NCBI GenBank assembly: GCA_003614675.1
Contig: ML002268.1
Location: forward strand, 1 to 52,873
Reading direction: 5' to 3'
DNA from: Dimargaris cristalligena
Taxonomy: Eukaryota
Length of the DNA: 52,873 bases
Within the stretch, counting starts at the first letter, position 1. Every line of letters begins with the position of its first letter. Below the pieces are notes generated by a model that saw nothing but the letters and a program-made list of their open reading frames with translations, had not been told where the DNA came from and made no database searches. Below are positions 37,748 through 50,959 of this stretch, in pieces. A program made the translations under genes and the position numbers.

Positions 37748-40327
37748 GTGGGATGTTCTCAGCGATGTAGTGGGTAGTTTGAGTTTGGTAGGAGACGATA
37801 TCAGCTCAATAGGTAAGCGGTAGTTAAGTTAGGGATGAGGTGAAAGTAAAGTTGGCCTGAAGGGCTGAACAAAAGGTGAATGTAAGTAGATAAAATGGTA
37901 CGGATGAATTGAATTGTATGTGTGAATAATAATTGCGGACAAGTAAGGTTGACTCGGGGGTGCCCTATATCGAATAAACTGTAGATACTGCCCATGGGCG
38001 GAATGAAGGAGGTATTTAAGTGGGCCCGTTGGTGGAATTTCATTCAAAGGAGCTTTAAGCGCCGCCTGCCGGGCCTACTTCCTACAGATCCGCTGGTATA
38101 CTGGACATTGAGGCGCCATGATTATTATTTAGTTCAAATAACCACATTTGGCCCTTCAATGGCAGTTTTGGAAGCGCTTTTTAATTCACTGTAGATATTT
38201 TAAATATTGCAGTAGCTGACTTACTGACTCCGCCCCCCCCTATTCTAAGTATTTTTCGTTGGGAATATTAGACTAGCAGTATTAAGTGAACCCCGTTGGC
38301 CATGGGCCTACTCCCACTGCTGATTAGCCGAGCGGGGGGGGGGGCTTAGCGACTCTTTGTCTTTGGCGGGCGCTGATGTAGTCCAAGGCTGGCTCATTGC
38401 CATTTAAGGAGTGGAGGGCGCCGGTTTTCGTCAGGTGGACGGGATTCATTATATTTTTAGCAGCAAAGACTCAGCCATTCGCGCCCGTAAAACACAGAGG
38501 CTGTAAAACTTCGTAATTATGGGAGAGCTGGATTATCGGGTAAATTGGGAAGCCTAGCGGCGGGGTCATTCTTCTTGAGTTGGTTATTAATAAATAATTC
38601 AATGGTGTTCATAAATCCTCTTTAGCCTTCAATCTTGCTTTGCAAACAAGCCTCTATCGAGACGCCTTTAAACCCGGTCATTGCATTAGTGTCTTCAAAT
38701 TGTACACAATCGTTCTCGAAATTACTCTTTTCGAATCATGATTGAATCGAAGCGTTTGCTACTATTATTATCAGTGCACTTGGGTGAATGGACCGATTGT
38801 CGATCTATCACTACATACGGGAGAATTAGCGTGGAATATACTCCACTAATAAACCTATTGGAATGGATGCAGGCCATGTTTAGCCTTTGATAATTACATT
38901 GGAGCAATCGGTTAGAGCGTAGTGGTCAATGAGTATAACCGACACACCACCACCCTAGCCAGCAATCGAACATCCCTTAGGTTTGGAGTAAATACTTTAT
39001 TTTAATTGCCTATGGCCACTGAGAGAAACCTGAGAGGACCAGTCCCTTAAGCTATCTGAACGTACTCTGGGGAAGGCGATTCTACCCTATGCCCTAAACA
39101 AACAAACAAAAACAATAGAAAAACAACAACTAACTTCCCCATAGCGTTACCTATTGCTAAATATGTTCATGGATATAAATGGGACGACTGCAGCTATAGA
39201 ATGAGTCCTGTTTTTCAGAATCTGGGTTAGTGGTTTTTTTAGAAGGCACACTAGGTGCAATTCAGCAAAACTGGGTGGCACCGCCTTAAGATCAACCTTG
39301 GTTTGCAGATGTAGCCCAACAAAAACTCGGAATCCAACTTTGTCATTGGCGCCTCGACTTCCACTTTGCCACCGCTGGTGCGCCGCTTTCGCCCTGAACC
39401 CCCTATAGTTTCACTAGTATTAATGCAACATTGCCAAACCATGGTCACCAATTTGTCATTTTGAAATGTTATTCACCTGGCTAAACTCATTAGGTACCAT
39501 GGGATGCCGGATTATACCAATTGGGTTCCGTCAGGTACGCATGTTAAATTTCGGATACTACTTTAATTTACTATGGCCATTACTGTCAATGACGCCTATT
39601 TGTCTGAGGGTGTGCTATAACCCAGACTCACTGTCCGTCAGTTGAACCATATGTGCAGGGTGTGTTATATTGAAGTCCAGCGTTTGCTGCGGGACGGGTT
39701 GAGATTGGAGCCACACCCACTTACTGGCTTAGTAAGGACTGCGGGTAATGGGGCCTCTTGGTCACGTGGCCAGGAACCGCCCGTATGGGGGGGGGGTGTA
39801 GGTAGCATGGGGCAACGACCTCTCAGTATGGTTTGACAGCAAGAGAGCAGGAGGTGATGACGATACATTGAGTTTAGGCGCATTAGCACCGTCGTCATGT
39901 ATGAGGGGTATGAATCTAATACCCTCTCTGTACTGCCAGGTTTATCTATTTATCGACCAAGGGCCATGCCGGTTCGACTCAGGGAGAGTTTAAACTATGC
40001 CCAAATGGGGGATGTTCAGCGGACTCGAATACAATAGGGAGGGATGGAGGGGGCGGCGTTAAATCGGGACCATGTCCCGCTAAGTCAAGCTGACCGCCTG
40101 GGGAAGGACCCTCTCCTCTCCCACAGCGGGGTTGGGCTGAGTCAGTCCGGCTTTAAGGGTATGCGTCTGAAGTATATGGTCGGGCATATTGTCTTCCCTT
40201 CCAGCTCACTACATTCCTTGCCCGTTCTTTCCCATTCCGCTTTCTCGTTTGTGGCCTTGGCGTTTACCACTTTATCATCCCGCATCTCTCTTTCCCTGCG
40301 TCGTCATCTACTTACTTACTCCCTCCC

Positions 40328-43169
40328 ATGTCCTTTTTCCGCCTTCGAGGTAAGCCCCGCTCCAGCTGCGGGTCACCCGCAAGGCTCCCTCAGCACCCAT
40401 TAGCACCTAGTCGAATATACTGGACGGCCCCGAAACCCCGCCCACCCCTACTTACCACCTCATCTCGTCTGATATTCTCCCCTCCCAACATCCTATGTGC
40501 GTACCCCCTGTATTTAATTCGTAGACCTGATTCGGGCTGTTCGATGCTGCAAAACCGCCGCCGATGAGCGGTCGGTCATCCAGCGCGAGTCCGCCTGCAT
40601 TCGCACATCCTTCAAGGAGGACAATGGCATGGACTCCCGCTATGCCAATGTCGGCAAACTGCTGTATATCCATCTGCTTGGCTACCCCGCTCATTTCGGC
40701 CAAATCGAATGCCTGAAGCTCGTGGCGTCGGGCCGCTACTCCGACAAACGCCTGGGCTACCTCGGCATCATGCTCCTCTTGGATGAAAACCAGGAAATTC
40801 TAACGTTGGTTACCAATTCCCTTAAAAACGATATGAATCATTCCAATATGTATATTGTGAGTTTGGCTCTGTGCACCCTGGGTAATATTGCCTCCGTGGA
40901 GGTGGCTACTGACTTGGTGGACGAGGTGGAGCGTCTCATGGAGTCATCTAATACCTACGTCCGTAAGAAGGCCGCCCTGTGCGCCCTCCGCATTGTTCGC
41001 AAAGTGCCCGACCTCCGTGACTCGTTCATTGAGAAAACTAAGCACCATTTGACCGACAAAAACCCCGGGGTGGTCCTCTCGGGCCTGGCCCTGGCCAACG
41101 AGTTGTGCTCCACCAGTGAACGGGCCCTCCTGGAATACCGGGCGCTTGTTCCCTCCCTTGTGCGGCAGCTCAAGTCGTTGCTGACGGCCGGGTTTTCCCC
41201 CGAATATGACGTATCGGGCGTCTCCAACCCCTTCGTTCAAGTCCACATTTTGCACTTGCTGCGTATTTTGGGCCGCGGAGACGCTGAAAGCAGCGAGCTG
41301 ATGAACGATATCCTAACCCAGGTAGCCACTAACACTGACTCCACCAAGAACGTGGGCATGTCCATCCTCTACGAAACGGCGGTCACGGTCCTGGAGATTC
41401 AGTCCGACACTAGTCTGCGGGTGCTGGCCATTAATATTTTGGGTAAATTCCTGGCGAACCGCGATAACAACATCCGCTACGTGGCCTTATCCACCCTGAC
41501 CCGGGCGATTGCCACCGAAGGTACCGCCGTGCAACGCCACCGGAACACCATTTTGGAGTGCCTACACGATGTCGACATTTCCATCCGCCGCCGGGCCCTG
41601 CACCTGGCGTTTGCCCTGATCCAGCCCTCCAATGTCCGCATTATGATCCGGGAATTGCTATCCTTCCTGGAGGTGGCCGACAAGGAGTTCAAAGCGGGTA
41701 TGACCTCCAATATCTGTGCCGCGGCCGAGAGTTTCGCCCCCTCCCGGCGCTGGCAGGTGGAGACCGTCATCCGTACCTTCCAACTAGCCGGTAACTACGT
41801 GAAGGAAGAAAACCTCTACAACTTTATTGCCTTGGTTTCCAACCAGGCTGATTTACAGCCGTTCGTCGTCCACAAGTTGTATAAACTGCTACGTCAGGAC
41901 CTGACTCAGGTGGCTCTGGTCCAAGCTGCCATCTGGTGCATCGGAGAGTATGGGGACCACCTGTGGACCATGGCCCCCTCCACCGTTCTGGGATCAGCCG
42001 AGGACAGCCCTACCAACATTGATGCTTCTACTACCGATAGCGTGTCTCCGTCCGACGTGATCCAATTGCTGGCCTCTATTCTCAAGGTACCCTATATCTT
42101 GGCCGCTACCCGCCAGATGGCCTTGACGGCCCTAGTGAAGCTCTCGGATCGCCTCCAGGGGGTTCCGGGATCTACCGCCGCCTCCGGTGGGGGTGGATCG
42201 GAGATGCTCGACTTTGGCCTCTTGGCTTCTGACAGCCCAACCAAGAGCCCCGCCTCGTCGTCATCCTACACTAGCCAGATTCGGGCTATTCTGGCCGACC
42301 AAACCAGCAGTGTTAACGTGGAAATCCAACAGCGGGCGGTTGAGTATCAGAACCTTTTCCGGTCCGATTTTGAATCCTCGCGCTCGGCTATTCTCGAGCG
42401 GATGCCGGTTCCCGAATACCACCCTGAAACTACGGTTGCGGCCGGTGACTTGTTATTGGGTGGTGGTGTGGACGGAGGTCGAGTGGGGGGTATTGCCGTG
42501 GCGGGTGCCCTTCCTATGGGTGCCAAGAGTCCATCCGCCACCACTCGCAACGATACCGACTTACTTATGGATCTTATGGGCGATGCCCCTAGCGCGGCCC
42601 CGGCTACTTCGGGTTCAAATGGCGCCCCATTGGCTGCTCCGGCCGCCAGTTCTGTGGACCTCCTGGCCGACCTCTTTGGTGACACGAGCGTCTCCGCTTC
42701 CGCAAATAAATCCCCGGCTCCGGCTCAGAACAACCTGTTTGATATGCTTGGTGGAGGCGGCAGTGGCAGTTCGGTGGCCTCCCCTTACCCCCAAAGCCCC
42801 CCCACCACCGAAGTTGGCTACGATGCCTACAACCAGAACGGCCTGCGCATCACGTTAACCCCGAGCAAGGACGCCTCCAAGCCGCTGGATGTCCCTATCC
42901 GGGTTCTGTTCTCCAATCAGTCTACTTCGGATACCTTCCGTGATTTGTTGCTTCAGGTTGCCGTTCCCAAGAGCCAGCAACTGCACATGCAAGCCCCTTC
43001 CAGCACTTCGCTGAGTCCCAATGGTGGTGAGGCCACCCAGCAAATTAACATCCATAATCCCAATCGCTCGCCAATACGCCTAAGGCTCAAGCTGGTGTAT
43101 ACCAAGGGCAATGGCTCCCCCGTGTCCGAAATCCTGGAGTTCTCCAAGTTCCCGTCGTCAGTTGTGTAA
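40328..43169 (+). CDS. APL4: AP-1 complex gamma-adaptin; exons 40328-40349 and 40525-43169
   Basis: MSFFRLR|DLIRAVRCCKTAADER, LLGYPAHFGQIECLKLVAS, DKRLGYLGIMLLLDE, RVLAINILGKFL, DNNIRYVAL and EIQQRAVEY. The hinge has DLL motifs and the C-terminal GAE ear has QVAVPKSQQL and IRLRLKL. Confidence 0.97.
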
Positions 43170-43947
43170 TTACCTTGGACCTATAGTGGAACCACCCGTT
43201 TTATTGTCACATTTTTGTTTACTCCGCCATATTATATCCCTCTTCCCAATTATTGTTTTTTTTTAAAAAAACCCTCTAGTTATTAGGCGAGGCACATGGA
43301 TTGGTCGCTTGGTCGGCTAATCAGCAATCGCAAAGCCACTTGTTCTCTCTCTTTTTCGGTTTATTTTATTTTTCGTTCTCCGCAACTTAACCACGGCTCA
43401 AGTAATACCACATCGGCTTTTTAATACATCTCTTCGTCTACGCTAACGTCCATAAATTTGGTACGGCCATTGATTGTAATGGGCCATGGGCAACCGGGTA
43501 TTTCAATTGAATAGCTAATCTAAGTAGTGGTCATTGGATTTTAATAGATGTATGGATACTACGGGAGTGAGTCCACCAGCTGTTTCTAGGTGTCGCAACA
43601 AGAAACCTAGAGAAGAGCGTGGCGCTATGGGAGGGTTGCTGGGTGTTGGAGACATGAAAATGAAAACGGGATAGGTGGGTTCAAATTGCAGTGGGGGGAC
43701 CTTAATATAGTATCCCGGCCCTGAATAACCGTGGCCCTTTCGACCGGGTTGATCCCCACCTCTAGTCAAAGTAACTCCTTGCTAGTGTTTACTCTTTACT
43801 ACTGACTTTTGGTTTGGGCTTGTTTTGTTTACATGAGTTTACTTGGTCCCACATTTTCAAGTACCTCTGTTTTTCCACATTCCTTCCGCGCCTATATACC
43901 CCATTCCAAAGCACTCTTACCTACGCTTTACTGACGATTTGATTCAC

Positions 43948-45577
43948 ATGGATATGGATGAAGACTACGGCGACGTGACGCCAATCACCCATGATGCCCA
44001 CCCCGGTGCTGATGCGGAACCCAACATCGATGAACTCCTACAGGGGGCGCTGGGCACTTACGGCCAAATCGAAACCACCGAATTCGACGGGAATTTCACT
44101 AACGAAGACGTAAAGAAATTGACCCGTACCTGGTTGAATGAGAAACAGGCCCCCGATCTATTGCCGTACCAGGACCAGCTGGTGGGCGACCTGACCGAAA
44201 TGGTCCAGAACCAGGTAAGACTTACTGGGTTATATTGGACGTAAGGGGGTAGGGAACGGAGCAGCATTGGCTTGCTACACGGCTCTATTTTGTCCTGATT
44301 GATACGATGTGTACTAATTCGGCGACATGTATTTGTTGATAATCATTTGATTTGTTTATGTTGGCTTGTTTATTATCTTATATATTAACTATGAAACCGG
44401 GAAACCAGTTACAACTAGTCGACGCCTTGCAAGAAGAAAGTGCCGGACAGGCCTTTATCGCTATGCTGTACCAGAGTGAACTCGAGCGTATCAAATTTGT
44501 CATTCGCAGCTATTTAAAAGTGCGACTGCAAAAGGTACGTCCATATCCCAAATATATTACAATCAGCAGAATACCTGGCATTAGCTACCCGAGCACTCGG
44601 CGAACATTCATCTTGGGTCAATAGGGCTGGTCCGACAAGCTGCTGACCTTTGCTTGCAAACACCGAGTCAGCCATGTTGATGGTTCCACGATACGTACTT
44701 ATCCTGCTTCTATTTATACGCGCGTGAAATTCGACTATGTTACATCTATCGTTATTGTAGATTGAACGGTACATTATGCTCTATGCCTCCTCTGAAGACC
44801 ATCTTGCGCGAATGTCGCTCGGCGAACGTGCCTTTGCCGTAAGGTAAGTAAACATGATGACGGCCAGTCTGGTGGTAGTTCTAGCCGAGAAGATTATTCA
44901 TCCAGTTAATTATCTATCTAACCCATCCCTATACTGCAAACCCATGCTCTTGCAAATATAGTCCACGGCAATTCAACTTCTTATTACTCTACCCCGCACT
45001 TTACACCATTGTCTAGGTACAAGTCCCTGTTCGAAAACCATCTCCATAAAACGTGCCTAGACAAATTGCCCGAGTCTCTTCGATCGCTGGATGAAAACAA
45101 TGGCAACATATCAATGGGTAAGTAGACAACGTGTGTTCTTAAATTTTTGTACATCTTCTTAATGTGGGATCTACTCTCTGGTTTAGAAAGGTCGAGGGTC
45201 TTTGGTCGTTAGACTAACCAAACGATGGGATTGCGTGTACCCTTCTTGCTTAATGCCTCGGCTTCTAGTGACCGTCCCTAATCTGAGGTCCGCAGTGGTA
45301 TGCCGGGTTCTGACCAATGTTGGTGACTACGCCATCACTGAAACGTAAGTATTTGGTACCTACATGACACTTTTAAAACTATCACTACTATATGATCTGC
45401 GTACTGCACCTAAGTCCTAATAAGAACCACTCTAATCACTGGTATGTAATTTTATATATTTATTGCTTTTTTATACCCAATAGCGAAACGGTGGATATGA
45501 GGAAGGATAATATCTTTCTGGTGTCATATGACTCAATCCAAAACCTGTTGGACAGCCACAGCATCGAACTTATATGA
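43948..45577 (+). CDS. SLD5: GINS complex subunit Sld5 (GINS4); about 6 exons
   Basis: LTRTWLNEKQAPDLLPY, LYQSELERIKFVIRSYLKVRLQK|IERY, MSLGERAFA, LDKLPESLRSLDE, PNLRSAVVCRV and IFLVSYDSIQNLLDSHSIELI*. Confidence 0.93.
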
Positions 45578-46652
45578 AATGGCAGCCTGTTTTTACTTGA
45601 TCCCCATGTAGATGATGTCACTCAGCATACCAGGCGATGCTACTCTAATGTTGAAGATTGGAGCAGTTGTAATAATAAACCCAAAACGTCTTATTTACAC
45701 CACTTTCGTACGAGTATCGTTTTCGAAAATATTGCTTGAAAAATACACTCTACCATTACTGGATAATTAGCGCATATCCCCGTGTCTTTATGTATGGGAT
45801 ACTGCTAACCATTAATACCATTTTCGATTGCATGTGAATAGGTACCTAGTTTTTGAATAGGATAATGTCGGTTTTACAGGATACCTTTAACTGCCACTGC
45901 TTGGTATCTAATAATCGTAAACTCGCTTGGGGCTTATAATGCTCAGATATCTCACTCGGTGTTTGGCGATATTTAAGTAATCCCGATACTTCTACCTTAG
46001 CAGCGCATTCCCTTCGATGGTAATATTTTGGTAAAAAATAACCAATGCCAGAGTTTCAACTGACATGGTCGGATTAAATGGCGTCGTGTGGGTGAATTGC
46101 ATTGTACCGAAATAGAGTGGTCACATTCCACAGCCACCCCTTGCCTAACTAGCCCCTACTGGGTGCTTGTTTAACCAGAAGTTTAATGTTTGAATAACTA
46201 GTTAAATATAATAAGTTAGGTAAAGTGATAAAAACAAGACACAAACTATTAGAGGTACGCAGTATAGTAGATAACCCTGTTGTTAAATCAGGACATGGAT
46301 GGGGGATATAATCTTAAAAATAAATGGAAACATCATAAATGATTCATCAACTGATGAAGGCCCAGTGGGGGGAAAGTAGGGGCCATTCACAATAATAAAT
46401 TTAGGGGAGTGGTAAATGTTGGAAATAATTGAACCTGAATATAGCACTATATTTAAAATAGATAGAGTATGGTGCTGTGGTCCAACGACAAATATGCCGA
46501 TGGTCTGTTCCAACTCGGCTGGGCCCGAACGGGCCAGGCCCTAAGATTAAATAGTCGGGCTCATTACGGCATGCCAGATAAAACCCGCTAGAAAAGCGAG
46601 CAATATCATGCGGATGATCAAATTTGAGGCCAAGGTCTATTAGCTTACCCTT

Positions 46653-49600
46653 TTAAAATGATAAAAGGTAGTCAGTCGCACGCTGAAGGTCGAAATCATT
46701 CACCTCCAAGGCCTCGATGACCCGATCGCGAGGGAATCCCATACCCACCAGAGTTTTCACTTCGTCGGTATCGGGAGCATCCGGGGACTTTTTGGCATAG
46801 CGGGCGCGATTGCTTTGCGTGGCATCGTCTTCCCCGCCTTCTTGGGGCTGGGTCGGGGAGGTGGCCAGAGTCTTGGGGTAAGGTGAAAGATGGGCGTGGT
46901 CGTAATCCTCGGGAGTAAAGGTGAAGGTAGACATGCCAACGGCGGCGGACTTGGGGCGCTGGGCCGAACCATTCGACGGACGGGAGCGGGGGCGCGAAGA
47001 AGAGGGGCCGTCGCCGTCTCTACCTCCGACATGGGGATCGTCCGGAGAGTGGGACGATCCGCCCTGTTTATTGGACTTCATGAGGGGGGCAAAGCTAAGA
47101 CGGTTCTTACTGAACACATTGAACCGACTCGGGGCGAACCGAGACGTCTTCTTCGGGGACACGGGGTATTCCGTAAGAGGGCGGGCCGGTCGGTTGTCAC
47201 TGGTGGATCCGCCGGGGTTACCACTCTTGCTCTTCTTCTTCCGCGGAATAGGTTGGTTAAACCCCTCGGGGGGAGTAATGTCAGCCCCGGAAGGGGGGAT
47301 TGTTAGGCTGTCACTGTGTACCACCGCACTGGCCTCCGGGGCTGCGGCTAGGGTGGTGGTAGTTGACTCGGGCGTATTTAGAGCCCGGGGGTTATTATCC
47401 TTCGGTGGGGGTGGGTTGACCGCAGCGCCAGCTGGCGTTTCGGCGTGATTAGACCGCGATGAAGTATTGGACCGGGCCAGTTGGGAAAACGGATCCAAAT
47501 CAGACACGTCGGGGAATCGCTTCTCAAAGTCGGCAATGTCATTAGTGGGGTTATTGCTACTGTTGGTAGGAATGTTGGTATCGGCCGGAATGGAGGGCTG
47601 CGAGTTGTTGTTGGCCAAGGAAGTGGGAAGGACACTGGGGTGGGACGAAGGCGGTGCATGGGTAGCAATTCCGAAGGCCGAGTCAAAGTCAGCCGCAAAA
47701 TCGTCAGTGATCCCAAAGGAGGCATCCGGCTGGGCCGGCTGGGAAGTCACAGCATTTGCCGTCGCGCCCGGAGCCTCATCGAAATTGGCGTCCAGGGTGA
47801 CATCAAAGTCCCCTTCGTTATCGGATGGAGCAGCGGGCACCTGGGCAGGTTGGGTCGTCAGCTGGGCAGCTGGGGCGGCCGACTCGATCTTCATATCGGC
47901 AAAAAGAACGTCAAAGTCATCCGATTGGGACTCTGCAACACCAGATGCAGGCTGGGAGCTGGGCGGGGCAGTCGGTTCGCTTGACCGGGATAGACCCACT
48001 CCCGTAGTAACAATCGTCGGGGGCCTGGAAGTGGCCGGGGCTGAAGTTAACGGCGGGCTAAAATGGTCGTCAAAAGCAGTCTCAAACGAGGTAGGGCGTG
48101 ACGATGATAGGCCATCCGTTTCCGGGAACGCCTCATTTGAGTCCGCGGCGGAGGTCCCGGGGAAAGCACCGGGGACATTAGCATCGGACTCAGGCCAGGA
48201 TGCAAATGTGGCGGGGGCAGCTTGGCTATCAGCGGCCAGGAAAGGGTTGGGGGACGGGGCGTGGTCGGCTGGCGGATGGATACTACCGCTTTGGGCCGAG
48301 TGGAAGGAGTGCGACGATGTTGGGCGAGAGGATGCTTCTTCGGTGAGGGCTCGGACCTGCGGAACCATAGGGGGAGCATCGGTAGCGGGCTTGACTGGGG
48401 GCGAGGCAGCCGGGGTAGGGTCGGCAGCGAGGGTAGCGGTCGCCTTGGTAGCGGGATTAGGTGGGGTAGTCGTGCCTGAGGCGACGGGTTCGGTAGGGAC
48501 AGGCACCTCCCGCTCGGGCTCTTCCGAATCCGACAAATTAAAGGCATCGTCAAAGGCCGCGAAGGGCGGCGGAATGGGATGATCGTCGGCAGGCTCGGGG
48601 GTTGGTTCGGCAGTGGCAAAATTATGAATAGCATTACGCAGTTGGAGGTTCTCTTCGCTGACTTGAGCATGGGCCTTGGCTGTCTGCTCCGCAGCCAGGC
48701 GCCGGGCTTCGGCCTGCTGGGCTGCCTGGGTCAGCTCGCTTTGAAGCTGGGCACGTTCTTCTTCCACCTGGGACAGTTGGCGTTGGCCGATTTCAGCCCG
48801 TTGGTGATCCGACTGGGCCTGCTGGGCGAGCCGTTGGGTCTCGCCCTGAATTCGCTGGACTTCGCTCAGTAGGGATTGTAGCTTCTGTTGGAAATTACCA
48901 GTCTGTTGGTTGAGTTCTTCCAACTCCCGCTCCTTCTCAGCCTTCGTTTCCTGGGCCTCCTTCAATTTGGCTTCAGTCTCCTCGATTTCAGCCTGCAGCT
49001 GCGGCACCCGTTGACGACTCTGATTAATCCGGCTATGTAGGTCCTCAATAGTCCGGGATTCGGCATCGACCCGGTTTTGAGTTTGGCCTAGTTGGGCGTT
49101 CAATTCACTCAGTTGGGTATCCAGTTGCCCCTGGGTGGACTCTAGATCCGCTCGCTGGGTAAGGAGTTCGGAGGCCTGGGAATGCTTTTGGGCTAGCAAG
49201 CCCTGTAGTTTGGCGAGCTGGGAGACCGTGGACGATGAAAAGGTAGAAGGGGCGGCGGTCGGAGGGGCGGGAGGCGGGGGCCGGGTGGAAATTTTAGATG
49301 CAACAGAGGCGGCGGGAGAGGGGGTAGGGTCAGGCTGAAATGGGTCGAATATCGATGCAGACGAAGTGGAAGCCTGGCGGGCCTGCGGGGAGGCGGATGA
49401 CCTCTGCAGTCCAAACGGATCGGAGGTGTTGATTGGGGATAGAGACCGAATGGCGGAAGCGCTGGAGGTCCGCGGCGGGGACAGCGCTTTCGAGGCAGGC
49501 TTGGCTACGCGGTGGCAGGGCGGCACCAAAGATTCCGGAAGTCGGGTAGGGAGTTTGCGGCCAGCCACAAGGCCGTTGATCAGGTGCAAGGCCACGGCGA

Positions 49601-50959
49601 ATTCTTCTCGGTTGAGTCGACCGGACTTCTCGTGATCAGCCAGGTCCCTATGGTTAATTGTCCCATATTTCCGAGCCATAATTGATAATATAGTGTTTTG
49701 AAGGTGGTGGTGAGCATGTGGGTACGGGAACCTACCCCTCCACTTAATAGAGGATTAAATGGCGGATACTAGAGAGTCGCCTTTTATACACCCCTATCCA
49801 GTAGCTGATGAAAGTAACTGTTGGGCAATATAATTGCAAAATGCATACAGGTTGAAAAGAAGAGCATTACTTACCAAACAGCGGCTAAATCGGCCTCGGG
49901 TAGCTCAGATTTAAGGAAAAACTGGACGGCCTCTTCGCCACCAACGTAGCCATGCTTCTGGGTATCAACGAGGGCAAAAAACTGGTCGGCCCGGGCCTTT
50001 TCCTTGGCCCCGATATCCCAGGCGGGGGTGGAAGCCGGCTCAAAGGTGGATAGATCGGGGGAAAAGACGGACCGGTTGACCGGCGGCGGCTCGGTGCCCC
50101 GGGCACTAGCAATCAGGGAATCGGGAACCTCGGTAGGTAGCCGGGCAAGGCGGCCCTCCATCATGCGCTGAACATAATACATGGCAATCATAAAGTCAGT
50201 GAGGTCTAAAGAACCCCGCCGATGAGTGTCCGCAAGTCCCCAGATCTGGCCCAGGGTCTCTACCGAAAGTTTGGACTTCATAAGCACCTGGCGGGCACTC
50301 TCACCATCCAGCAGGCCGTCCTTGGGGTGGCAGTTCTGAAAAAGTCGGCGGTATTTATTGCGTTCGGTTTCGGACAGGATTTCGCTCGACTGGGACGGGG
50401 TTAGAGACCGGGCGCTGGCGCGCGTATCGGCCGCTGAGAATGGGGAAGGCGACGCCGTGGTGGACCGAGCAGAGGTGACTGGGCCCTCCGGGCGACTGGC
50501 GGCGGGGGGGTCGGGAGTGATACCTTCAAACAGGGGCAACGGGACGACCTGGTTCAGGTTGGCCAAAGTGGGCCGCTCCCCCTTTTGGGCAAGGGCGATT
50601 AACTTTAGGGCTATACTAAAGCCACTGGGGCCCAGGGCCCCTTTGCGGTCCTGGTCGGCCAACTCCCAGATTTCACCCAAGGTGGCTGCCGGCAATTGCG
50701 AACGGGTGAAGAACGGCACGGCCTCTTGGCCGGTGATGTGCCCGCGGTGGGTGGTGTCGACCTGCTGAAATAGCCGCTGGAAGAAGGAGCTTTCGGCAGC
50801 GTTCGGGGCCCAGTTGGTATTGGCCGCTGGAGTGGATACAGCAGGCATCCCAGAGGTGAAGGTGGAGGCTCGGAGGGGAGGCCGGTTACGACCGGCGGTG
50901 GAAGAAGGTGGACTTAGTACCGGTGTCGCAGGACCGGACCCGGTGGAACGGGATTCCAT
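46653..50959 (-). CDS. EDE1: Ede1/Eps15-like endocytic scaffold: 3 EH domains, coiled coil, Pro/acidic region, C-terminal UBA; intron 49874-49648
   Basis: Three EH repeats (LGEIWELADQDRKGAL, LGQIWGLADTHRRGSL, LAAVW|DLADHEKSGRL), a long coiled coil, DPF/NPF motifs and a UBA domain (VKTLVGMGFPRDRVIEALEVNDFDLQRATDYLL). Confidence 0.93.

Noticed and set aside
1069..45577. CDC45, REV7, RFC3 and SLD5 as a DNA replication gene cluster
   Set aside because: They are spread over 45 kb and interleaved with unrelated trafficking and signalling genes. Chance co-location is sufficient without synteny evidence.
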